Assembly: GCA_051294375.1 (NCBI GenBank) | Contig: CM119270.1 | Coordinates: 6,252,828-6,270,897, forward strand | Direction: 5' to 3' | Length of the DNA: 18,070 nucleotides | DNA from: Paraspadella gotoi | Lineage: Eukaryota; Animalia; Chaetognatha | Shown: one piece after another, positions 1-10,524 of the stretch | Layout: each line of letters begins with the position of its first letter | Position numbering within the stretch: position 1 is the first letter of the stretch | Made by a program: the position numbers and the translations under genes | Notes under the pieces: model-generated | Databases searched by the model: none | Told to the model about the DNA's origin: nothing | The model's input: the letters and a program-made list of their open reading frames with translations, nothing else

Positions 1-501
1 AGAGAGAGGGGAGAGAGGGGAGAGAAGGGAGAGAAGAGAGGGAAGGGAGAGAGGGGAAAGAAGGTGGTGAGAAAAAGGAAACGGAATGAAATGAGTCAAA
101 GGGAAAATAGGTAAGGAGATGAAAGAGAGCGATAGCGGAGCGGTATAGAGCTCAACACAACCGAATTAAAAGAAAGGTAAGCTCTGAAGATTTTCTCGTT
201 TTTTATGGCTTACATAACAAATATTAGAGATAAAAAATTAAAATTTCGGAAAAAAAACATTTTGATTGTCTATGTCCGATTTTTCACCATTTGAAGAATA
301 TTTCGTCCGATTTCGTATTTCTTAAACGAGAGAAATAGAAAAAGTAAGACTCAGATATCATTTAGACATCCATTAGTTTTATTGAGAAACGATTGAAACT
401 TAATCGATATTTCTTTTTTGTATTTAATTTTACTCTTTTTTTCACACTCCAATTTTTTTTTTCACTTTAAACTACTTCAATAGCTCAATCGCTTTCCTTT
501 C

Positions 502-505
<4 letters not shown>

Positions 506-585
<80 letters not shown>
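506..585. repeat. (CT)n microsatellite, about 40 units
   Basis: Pure dinucleotide run; its counterpart is at 4250-4343. Confidence 0.97.
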
Positions 586-588
<3 letters not shown>

Positions 589-1625
589 ACCTTATATTCA
601 AATCTTCACCGGCGGGAGTCCATTATTGGTCTAATAAAACCTACATCATCCTCTCGTCGCTTTCGGACTGAGTTAGACCTGAAATCGATTTTATGAAAAT
701 AGATAGTAGTTCGCTAAAGTACATTTTATACATTTTTTATGAGGTCAACTTCAATTCTACAACATTTCGAAGTCCAATAAATTTACTTCGTTCAAGCGTC
801 TCTGTATATTAGAAGTAATTTTAACATAATTATATTCATTACGTATACAAACATACGATACGATCTAATTTTTTCATCGAGTCAAGACATTACTTTGCTA
901 ATCTTTCGCGACGATCATCAAACTTTTTTCAAAAACTCGAAAAGTTTGAAGGAAAAGAAAATCAAAATTTCATTGACTCTTTTACATACGGGGTTTGGGG
1001 GGGGGACAGAGGGGCGAGTTGGTTTAATCTGGAGGCGAGGGGGGAGGGGCGAGTGGAACGAGGGTCACAACGAAAACGGAGGCGGAGACATCAAATCATT
1101 TAATGAGACGTGAAATCAAAATTGTCATTTAAAAGTCTGCGCGCGCAAGAGGAAAGAAAAATTCAATTTCCTCACGACGAAAGAAAAAATACATAAACTG
1201 ACTTCGTTTTTTTTTTTTCGTTTTTTTTTTTCAAAGTTATTCTGGCTTTTCAAACGTTTTTCCTTCCTTCCTTCCTTTCTTTTTCTTTAACCTTCCTTCT
1301 TTCTTTCACTTTTATATTTTCCTTCTTTCTCCGTATTTTTATTTACTTTCTTTAATTAATTTATTTACTTTTCTTCTCATCATATATTCGATTTTAAGAG
1401 TTAAAATTCAAGACAGTTTTTTTTTTCAAAAGGCAGGGTAAAATTTATTTATCATTTTTGGCAACTTTTTTGTAAATAAGGCTAACGATATATGCACACT
1501 GCACAGTCACATTTAAATCCATTAACTCCCTTGCAATAATTCATAGTCGATCATACCCGATCCTTCATCGTCTCCATCAACGTCTAACTCCATCGAACCC
1601 CATCAAACCCCAGCATCGTCATTTG

Positions 1626-1636
1626 NNNNNNNNNNG
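1626..1636. other. Assembly gap (11 N)
   Basis: N run whose flanks match 5520 and about 5893 in copy 2. Confidence 0.99.
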
Positions 1637-2310
1637 GGTTTTTTTCCCCGCCTCCTTCGGTTCCACGAGATTTTCTCGTAACTTACCTTTTTTTTATTCT
1701 CGGTTCGCGCTCACCTCTCTATTCTGTAGTTATCCATGGTTAAATTTTATTAGATTTTATACAATGTTTCATTTTTCATTTTTAACGTTGTTTCATTTTT
1801 ATTTTAAAATTGTTTGATTTTTTTTATATTGTTTAATTTTTTTTTTTTAAATTTCTCCATTTTTATTTTAAAATTTATTCATTTTTTTAACATTATTTAT
1901 TTTTTATTTTTACATAATTTCATAATTTCAATTTTTTTAAACGTGATGATCATTTCCATTTTGATTTTTATTCTCGAAGATTCTTTTCTTCTTCTGTTCT
2001 TCCTTTTTTTCTTACCTCTCTATTGTATAATCCATCTGTTTATCTTTCTGCCTTCTCTTTCCTGTCTTTTCTCTTTTCCTCCTATCTTTTTCTCACCCCT
2101 AACCCAGGTCCCTCCGTAACGTAACCATACGTATTACTCGTCGGTGATAGTTATTATAAAAAGCTAGAAATCGAATAAAAACATGATTTATGGTTATATT
2201 TGATCATGAAAGGATTATGAATCATGAATGTGAAATTGATAAATTAAATTAAATTAAAGCCAACCCATAAAATATTTAAAAAAATAAAATAAAAATAAAC
2301 TTAAATGTCC

Positions 2311-2394
2311 AATCCATTTTTGGATTTTCAAATTCAATCCCTATCTACCCTTAATTCATTTTAAGATTTTCAAATTCAATCCGTATCTCCCCTT
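2311..2394 (+). repeat. Tandem duplication, 2 x 42 bp
   Basis: AATCCATTTTTGGATTTTCAAATTCAATCCCTATCTACCCTT is followed by AATTCATTTTAAGATTTTCAAATTCAATCCGTATCTCCCCTT. The pair recurs at about 6581-6668. Confidence 0.9.
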
Positions 2395-2562
2395 AAAACG
2401 AAGTATATAATTTGATACCCGGTTCGTCATTTAAATAGAGCGATCGTTACCTATCCCCTTTCCTCCGATCAAGTCGATCCCGAGGGACTCGATTATGAGA
2501 TCTTAACTACGACAACCGAGATGGCGCGAACGTGTAGGTCGGAACAGGGGTCGCCCCTGGCA

Positions 2563-2594
<32 letters not shown>

Positions 2595-2699
2595 CTTTCT
2601 CCCTCTCTTTCTTTCTCTTACTCTTTCTTTCTTTCTTTCCTTCTATCTTTCTTTCTTTCTTTCTCACTTTCTTACTCTTTCTCTCTTTCTTTCTCTCTC
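2563..2699. repeat. Compound (CT)n/(CTTT)n polypyrimidine tract
   Basis: Almost pure C/T. Confidence 0.93.
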
Positions 2700-2811
2700 A
2701 GCCCCGTCGGCCCCATTTCCAATGCAAAATCCGGGCCGTAATCGGTTCCACCGGGAAGAGGAGGAGGGTGAGTTGAGGAGGCTGAAGCAGCGGTTACATA
2801 TGGGATGCGGG

Positions 2812-2911
2812 NNNNNNNNNNNNNNNNNNNNNNNNNNNNNNNNNNNNNNNNNNNNNNNNNNNNNNNNNNNNNNNNNNNNNNNNNNNNNNNNNNNNNNNNN
2901 NNNNNNNNNNN
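2812..2911. other. Assembly gap (100 N, the usual unknown-size placeholder)
   Basis: Exactly 100 N. Confidence 0.99.
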
Positions 2912-3402
2912 TCATCCATATTTCCGTCGTTCACGATGAAGTCCGATGACTCGAATCTCTGTGAAAGTGGAAAATCGGAGATGGAGGCGACGGAAGCGGA
3001 CGGTGGGATGCAGGTTTATGTCAAAAGGGGTTGTAGTTGATTGGTAAAAGATTATGGCAAAATTGTGGCGACGATGCAAAGATTATTGGCAAAAGGGTGG
3101 CGCGATGGCAAAAGGTTGGCGGCGATGGATAAGTAAGAGGAAAAATAGAAACTAAGATCAAAATCCAAAACCCTTTTCCGTTACAAATAATTTCTTTTTC
3201 TAAAACCGATGCTCCTCCCCAATACCCTTCCCCAATCCCTTCCCTAATCCCAAATCCCCTGCCCGATCCCCGAATCCAACTTTCCCGACCAAATAAGCGA
3301 TCCTTCGCAAACTTTTTGCCCCCGCGCGTTCGTCATAATGATGATGAACAGCTTTTTTCAGTATTTCATAATTTGAGTGCTTCTTTTGGTTTGGAGGCGC
3401 TC

Positions 3403-3490
3403 CTCTCTCTCTCTCTCTCTCCCTCTCTCGCTCTTCCTCTTCTCTTCTCCTTCTTCTTGCTTCTCTCTCCTTCTCTCTCGTCTCTCTCTT
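3403..3490. repeat. CT-rich microsatellite
   Basis: Interrupted (CT)n. Confidence 0.9.
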
Positions 3491-3534
3491 CCGAGTGAAT
3501 TCACAGAAAATTCGACTTTTCTCTTCTCCGGCGA

Positions 3535-3579
<45 letters not shown>
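3535..3579. repeat. (ACG)15 trinucleotide microsatellite
   Basis: Perfect ACG run of 45 bp. Confidence 0.97.
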
Positions 3580-3580
<1 letters not shown>

Positions 3581-3701
3581 CGACGAACTAATGGAATTGG
3601 ATTCAAAAAGTTTCCTAAGAGGGAATGGAAGAGAAGGGAAGTGAAAGGAGGTCGGTTGGGTTAAAGTGAAAGGGGGGGCTGAGGTAAAGAGTTGGGGCGA
3701 A

Positions 3702-3801
3702 CGAGAGGGAGAGAAGGAGAGAAGGAGAGAAGAGAGAGAAGGAGAGGGGGGGAGAGAGGGAGAGAAGGGAGAGAAGAGAGGAAGAGAGAGGGGGGAGAGG
3801 G
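3702..3801. repeat. GA-rich polypurine tract
   Basis: Almost pure G/A; overlaps the start of duplication copy 2. Confidence 0.9.
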
Positions 3802-4249
3802 GTGGTAGAAAAGGGAAACGGATAAATGAGGTCAAAGGGGAAAATAGGTAAGGAGATGAAAGAGAGCGATAGCGGAGCGGTATAGAGCTCAACACAACCG
3901 AATAAAAGAAAGGTAAGGCTCTGGGAAGATTTTCTTCGGTTTTTGGCTTACATAACGAAATATTAGCGATAAAAAATTAAATTTCGGAAGAAAAAAACAT
4001 TTGATGTCTAGTTCCGATTTTTCACCCATTTTGAAGAATATTTCGTCGATTTCGTATTCTTTAAAACGAGAGAATTAGAAAAGTTAAGACTCAAAAAGAG
4101 ATATCATTTAGACATTCCCATTAGTTTTATTGAGACGATTTGAAACTTAATCGATATTTCTTTTGTATTTAATTTTACTCTTTTTTCACACTCCAATTTT
4201 TTTTCACTTAAACTACTTTCAATAGCTCAATCGCTTTCCTTTTCAAAAC

Positions 4250-4258
4250 TTCTCTCTC

Positions 4259-4343
<85 letters not shown>
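4250..4343. repeat. (CT)n microsatellite
   Basis: Interrupted dinucleotide run, counterpart of 506-585. Confidence 0.95.
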
Positions 4344-4346
<3 letters not shown>

Positions 4347-5530
4347 ACCTATATTCAATCTTCACCGCGGGGGAAGTCCGAGTATGTTCTCTAATAAAAA
4401 CCATACATCATCCTCTCGTCGCTTTCGGACTGAGTTAGACCTGAAATCGATTTATGAAAATAGATAGTGTCGTAAAGTACATTATACATTTTTTATGAGG
4501 TCAAACTTCAATTCTACAACATTCGGAAGTCCAATAATTTACTTCGTTCAAGCGGTCTCTGTATATTAGAAAGTAATTAACATAATTATAGTCATTACGT
4601 ATACAACATACGATACGATTCTAAATTTTTTCATCGAGTCAAGACATTACTTTGCTTAATCTTTCGCGACGATCATCAAACTTTTTTTCAAAAACTCGAA
4701 AAGTTTGAAGGAAAAGAAAATCAAAAATTTCATTGACTCTTTACATACGGGTTTTGGGGGGGGACAGAGGGGCGAGTTTGGTTGAATCTGGAGGCGAGGA
4801 GGCGAGTGGAACGAGGGTACAACGAAAACGGAGGCGAGGACATCAAATCATAATGGAGACGTGAATCAAATGTCATTAAAAAAAGTCGCCGCGCAAGAAG
4901 AAAGAAAAAATTCAAAATCCTCTCCTCACGAGGCGAAAAGAAAAAAAATTACATAAACTGACTTTCGTATTGATAAAACTGTATTATATCGTTTTTTATT
5001 TTTTATATTTTTTATTTAGTTATATATTTATTTATTAATTAATTATTTTTTTTTTTTTTTTATACGTTTATTAATTTTTTTCATCTTTTATTGTTTTTTA
5101 TTTTTTTTTCAATAGTATTTATTTCCTGTGCTTTTCAGACACGTTTCCTTCCTTCTTCTCTTTCTCTTACTCCTTCTTCATTCACTTTTTTTATATTTTC
5201 CTTACTTTCTCTCGTAGTTTTATTTACTTTCTTTAATTAATTTATTTACTTTCTTCTCATCACATATTCGATTTTAAGATGTTAAAATTCAAGACAGTTT
5301 TTTTTTGTTTTTAAAAGGCAGGCGTAAATTATTTATCATTTTTGGCAAACATTTTTTTGTACAATAAGGCCTAACGTAATATGCACAGTCACAGTCAAAC
5401 ATTTAAACCATTAAAACCTCCCTTGCCAATAATTCATAGTCGATTCATACCCGATCCTTCATCTCTCCATCAACGTCTAACTCACATCGAAACCCATCAA
5501 ACCCCAGCATTCGTCATTTGGCACTCACCG

Positions 5531-5608
5531 CTTCCACCCCCTCGACCCCCTTCCACCCCCTCGACCCTTCCACCCCCTCGACCCCTTTCCACCCCCTCGA
5601 CCCCCTCG
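5531..5608 (+). repeat. C-rich minisatellite, about 19 bp x 4 (CTTCCACCCCCTCGACCCC)
   Basis: Four tandem copies of TTCCACCCCCTCGACCC. Confidence 0.92.
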
Positions 5609-5750
5609 TTTGCCACCGATTCGCCAGCGACCCTCGTTCTTTCAGGGGGACTTATTTTTATTAGGTCCATTCTCGGTTTCCCGTCGTGCGGTTCAGCCTC
5701 TCACACACGCCCCCCCCCCTGGCCGTGACAAGCTGGAGACAACGCCCCCC

Positions 5751-5768
5751 TTTCTCTCTCTCTCTCTC

Positions 5769-5851
<83 letters not shown>

Positions 5852-5852
5852 T
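5751..5852. repeat. (CT)n microsatellite
   Basis: About 100 bp dinucleotide run. Confidence 0.96.
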
Positions 5853-6841
5853 TCCAACAACCCGTCCCTAAATCTGCCTGAAACTTTGGGCGCGGTTATT
5901 TTTTCCCCGCCGTCCTTCGGTTCCACGAGATTTTCTCGTAACTTACCTTTTTTTTATTCTCGGTTCGCGCCTCCACCTCTCTATTCTGTAGTTATTCCAT
6001 GGCTTAAATTTTATTAGATTTTATACAAATGTTTTCATTTTTCATTTAACGTGTTCATTTTTATTTTTAAAATTGTTTGATTTTTTATATTGTTTAATTG
6101 TTTTTTTAAAATTTCTCCATTTATTTTTAAAATTTATTCATTTAAAACATTATTTATTTTTATTACATAATTCATAATTTCAATTTTTTTAAACGTATGA
6201 TCATTTCCATTTTGATTTTTTATTCTCGAAGAGATGTCTTTTCTTCTTCTGTTCTTTCCTTTTTTTCTTACCTCTTCTATTGTATAAATCCATCTGTTTA
6301 TACTTTCTGCCTTCTCTTTCCTGTCTTTTCTCTTTTCCTCCTATCTTTTTCTCACCCCAACCCAGGTCCCTCCGTAACGTAACCATACGTTATTTACTCG
6401 GTCGGTGGATAGTTGATTATAAAAAAGCTAGAAATCGAATAAAAACATGATTTATGGTTATATTTGATTCATTGAAAGGATTATGAATCATGATGTGAAA
6501 TGGATAAATTAAATTAAAATTAAAGCCAAACCCATAAATGATATTTAAAAAAATAAAATAAAAATCAAACTTAAATGTCCAATCCATTTTTGGATTTTCA
6601 AATTCAAATCCCTATCTTTACCCTTAATTCATTTTAAAGATTTTCAAATTCAATCCGTATCGCCCCTTAAAACGAAGTAATAATTTGATACCGCGTTTCG
6701 TCATTTAAATAGAGCGGGTATCGTTACCTATTTCCCCTTCTCCGATCAAGTCGATCCCGAGGCGACATCGATTTATGAGATCTTTAACTACGACCAACCG
6801 AGATGGCGCGAACGTGTAGCGTCGGAACAGGGGTCGCCCTT

Positions 6842-6844
<3 letters not shown>

Positions 6845-6926
<82 letters not shown>

Positions 6927-7086
6927 TTCTTTCTTTTTTTCTTTCTCCCTCTCTTTCTTTCTTTCTACTCTTTCCTTTCATTCTTCTTTTCTTTCTTTCC
7001 TGTTCTTTCTTCTTTCTTCTTCTTTCTTTCTTTCTTTTTCTTTTCTCACTTTTCTTACTCTCTTTTCCTCTCTTTCTTTCTCTCTC
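6845..7086. repeat. Compound (CT)n/(CTTT)n tract
   Basis: About 240 bp polypyrimidine tract, counterpart of 2563-2699. Confidence 0.95.
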
Positions 7087-7256
7087 AGGCCCGTCGGCCC
7101 ATTTCCAAGCAAAATCCGCGGCCGTAATCGGTTTCCACCGGGAAGAGGAGGGAGGGTGCATTTGAGGAAGCTGAAGCAGCCGGTTACATATGGGATGCGC
7201 GGAAAGGAAGAGATGTTGATACAGACGGAAGGTGAAGATAATAATTAAAGAAAAAG

Positions 7257-7311
7257 GAAGAGAAAAAGAGAGAGAAAGAGAGAGAGAGAGAAGAGAGAGA
7301 GACGAGACGAT

Positions 7312-7354
<43 letters not shown>
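7257..7354. repeat. (AG)n microsatellite
   Basis: Interrupted AG run. Confidence 0.94.
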
Positions 7355-7355
<1 letters not shown>

Positions 7356-8402
7356 ACAAACGTTCTAAACTAACGTAAAAGGTGTTAAAATATTCCCCGT
7401 TTCTCTTCTCTCGCTCTCGACCAAACCAACGTAACTTTTGGGACTTTGGCGCGGCGGGGTGGAGTCAGGAGCGGATGGGGGGGAGGGGGGAGGGCGAAGG
7501 GGGCGGACGGCGAGGGGAGTGAATAATTATTATTTTTTCCACTCGAAATTCCGGAGAAAAAAAAATTTCGGCGAGGTTCCATCAAGTTCCATCATTTTTT
7601 TATGGGTCAAGTGGAAGACGGAAGATTTTTTATCGATGTATAAAAAAAAAAAGAAATTAAACGGAAAGGAAAAAAAAATTAAATGAATTCTGAACGCAAA
7701 AAAAAAAAATATGAGCGAATGGGTGAAAAAAAAATGCAAGAAAAAAAAATGAGGCAGCCTCTTGACCTTTGGTTTCCCTGCAAACATGGAAACTGGTGCG
7801 AGCGCTTGTATGCGCTTGCGAGGAGAGGAAAGGTGATTGAGAATGAGTAGAGGAAGTGGGAGAGAAGTGAACGAGAGAGAGAGAGAAAGCCATTAGGACA
7901 CGGTGCCACTGAATCGCCGACCACATTTAAAAAGTAAAGCCTCGGCCTTAAGCGGCGGACTTAACTTGGTTGTGTGAGAGAGAGAGAAGAGGAGGAGAGA
8001 GAACAGAGTAGGCGTTGTGCCGCTTCAACGGCAAAGAAGTAGAGAAACAAAGAAAAAATACAAGTGAGAACACCAAACAGATCCTACTTCACTTTGCGTT
8101 CGACTTTTCTGGATTATCTTGTAATAGGTATATAAATATTATTAATATATTATATATTATATATGTGTTATAGATATAATGGTAAGTAAAAAATTTTTTA
8201 AAGGAAAGCCAATAATATATATATTTAAAGATATATAGATAAAAGGTAAATCTTTCATAAAATTATAAAAATTAAAAAATAAAAAATAGTGGAAAACAAG
8301 TAATTTTGAAAATTATCATATATCTTATAATGGCTTTATAGAATCACTTGAACGAAAAAAAAATTTTTTCAAAGACTAAGAGAGGCGAAAGAGGTTTTGG
8401 GC

Positions 8403-8490
8403 TCTCTCTCTCTCTCTCTTCTTCTCTCTCTCCTCTCTCTCTCTCTCTCGGTCTCTGTTCTCTTTCTCTCTCTCTGCTCTTCTTTTTTTC
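8403..8490. repeat. (CT)n microsatellite
   Basis: Interrupted CT run. Confidence 0.92.
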
Positions 8491-8596
8491 TGAATTCCCT
8501 TTCTCAGAGTGGATTGAGTGCGAGATCCCAATTTTTCGGGGGTAAGTCCAGCGGACTGAGGCTGAGGTGAGTAACCGGAGTCTGGAGACGGAAGTT

Positions 8597-8637
8597 GAGA
8601 GAGGAGGGAAAAGAGGAGGGAAGAGAGAGAGAGAAGG

Positions 8638-8672
<35 letters not shown>

Positions 8673-8695
8673 AAGAAAGAGGAGAGAAAGAGAGA
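8597..8695. repeat. (AG)n polypurine tract
   Basis: Interrupted AG run. Confidence 0.92.
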
Positions 8696-8823
8696 CGAAA
8701 GTGCGAAAATGAGAAATTACCTTTATTACTTCAGTCGAATCTTGTTTCCCGCAAAAAGTCAATTGGCTTGGACCCGAGGATCAGGAAGAGATTAAAAGTG
8801 GAGGAAAAGGATTGGTGGAAATC

Positions 8824-8912
8824 GAGAGAGAGAGAGGAGAGAGAGGAGAGAGAGAGAGGAAGAGAGAGGCAGAGAAGAGAGAGCAGAGGGAGAGGAGAAG
8901 AGAGAAGAGAGA
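8824..8912. repeat. (AG)n polypurine tract
   Basis: Interrupted AG run. Confidence 0.92.
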
Positions 8913-9608
8913 TTCATGCGGCTTCGTTTTTTTGTTTCGCGGGGTTCTCAATTTTTTTTTCGTCAGCACATTTCATATTATTCCTCTCTATCTCTAGATT
9001 CCCATTCATTCCCCGTTTGCGCAATCTCTCTCTCTCTCTCTCTCTCTTAGATTCCAAAGGCGAGAGGAGATATGAATGGAATCATTAAACCGCCGCTGTT
9101 TTCTCCTCATAATTGAAAAATCTTCCGTCGCAATTGAGGGGGAAAAAGGAAAAAGGAGAGTCAGCGGGGAGTCAAGGGGGTAGTCTATTTTCTATTCCGA
9201 GGCAGGGGAAGTTTTTAAAGAAAGGATGTGACTTCGTCATGTTAACTAAGTTGTGCTGTAACTATCTTAAATATTAATCAATTTGAAAACAGTTCAGTGT
9301 CGGCTGTAACTAAACGCCAATTCAATCCGCGGTTTTAATCATAATTGTCGACATTAACTCATAGGCACGAGTTAAAAAATTAACCAAAAGTAATTTTTTT
9401 TTTTTTTTAGCTTAAAAAAGAATGAAGCAGTTTTCTTGTTTTTTTGATGTTGAATACAGACAAGAAATCTGCTGCTTGCTTGGTAGTGCTTGTATGATGT
9501 AGGAGCTGCTATGTGGTTGTTCTCTGCAGATAAAAGCGGCGAAAGGAAGAGGATCGAGTTTACACCGCTGGAGGCGTGCCGGAAAGGTCGGATGCTGGCA
9601 CCAGGGGT

Positions 9609-9653
9609 CTCTCTCTCTCTCTTATGTTCTCTCCTCTCTCTCTCTCTTCTCTT

Positions 9654-9718
<65 letters not shown>

Positions 9719-9747
9719 GCCTCTCTCTCTCTCTCTCTCTCTCTCTC
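9609..9747. repeat. (CT)n microsatellite
   Basis: About 140 bp CT run. Confidence 0.96.
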
Positions 9748-9975
9748 CACTTTATTCCAACTCTCTCCCATTCTAGTAAGCCTCTGTGCAGCATCTAAAG
9801 GGGTGAAATCTGGCACCACGAGAGCTGGGTCGGTCCACTCCCTTTTACTCCCTCTCACTATCTCTCTCTCTTTTCACTCCCTCTCACCAAGGCCACGAGG
9901 CGTCGAAAAACTTATGGACTTCACCAAAGAAACGGGTGGTCAAGGGTTGAGTGGAGCTTACGCATCGTACGCGCA

Positions 9976-9976
<1 letters not shown>

Positions 9977-10038
<62 letters not shown>

Positions 10039-10051
10039 CCTCTCTCTCTCT
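9977..10051. repeat. (CT)n microsatellite
   Basis: Dinucleotide run. Confidence 0.96.
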
Positions 10052-10301
10052 CTTTCTTTTTGTTTCACGTCGATTCTTGATTTCCCTCTAAGGGGGGAAA
10101 ATCAGATGATTCTTTGCTGACGAAATTCGTCTCTTTGTCCAACTATACTTTTTCTATTAATTTTCTTTTAATTTTGAATATCATTTTAAACGATATGGTG
10201 AATATGTTGTGTCAAAATAATTTTTGAAACTGTTGTACTCATTATTCTATACATGACATTCAAGACCGTGAATTTTTTTGTAAGGTTTGCAAGTGTGAAT
10301 A

Positions 10302-10309
10302 AGAGAGAG

Positions 10310-10380
<71 letters not shown>

Positions 10381-10384
10381 AGAG
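10302..10384. repeat. (AG)n microsatellite
   Basis: Dinucleotide run. Confidence 0.96.
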
Positions 10385-10496
10385 TGACTGCTTGATTGAG
10401 TCCCGACCGCCGTTCGTACCAGTGAGTGACTCGCTGTGACCCTAATTCCCTGGAAATGGAGTGAAAATCACCAAAAGTCTCCGTCTCACGAGTTGA

Positions 10497-10524
10497 CTCT
10501 CTCTCTCTCTTTCTCTTTCTCTCT

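Larger units (their letters stand above)
1..2811 (+). repeat. Copy 1 of a large direct duplication (probable assembly false duplication or alternate haplotype)
   Basis: Colinear near-identity with about 3741-7202. GGTAAGGAGATGAAAGAGAGCGATAGCGGAGCGGTATAGAGCTCAACACAACCGAAT occurs at about 110 and 3847, and CAACCGAGATGGCGCGAACGTGTAG at about 2513 and 6795. This copy ends at the 100-N gap. Confidence 0.95.
3741..7202 (+). repeat. Copy 2 of the large direct duplication
   Basis: Matches 1-2811 in the same order. Differences are mostly 1-bp indels, plus extra sequence at about 4970-5100 and 5521-5892 and a longer CT tract at 6845-7086. Confidence 0.95.

Noticed and set aside
3358-3664. Protamine-like poly-Arg ORFs on both strands
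   Set aside because: They arise from (ACG)15, which reads as Arg in one frame on each strand.
1-7202. The two large repeats as LTRs of a retroelement
   Set aside because: No primer-binding site or gag/pol sequence lies between them, copy 1 is bounded by a gap, and both copies are full of microsatellites.
8125-8340. Extremely AT-rich block as a possible origin, matrix attachment region or MITE
   Set aside because: No terminal inverted repeats or target-site duplication are visible. It cannot be distinguished from low-complexity DNA or a noisy read segment.
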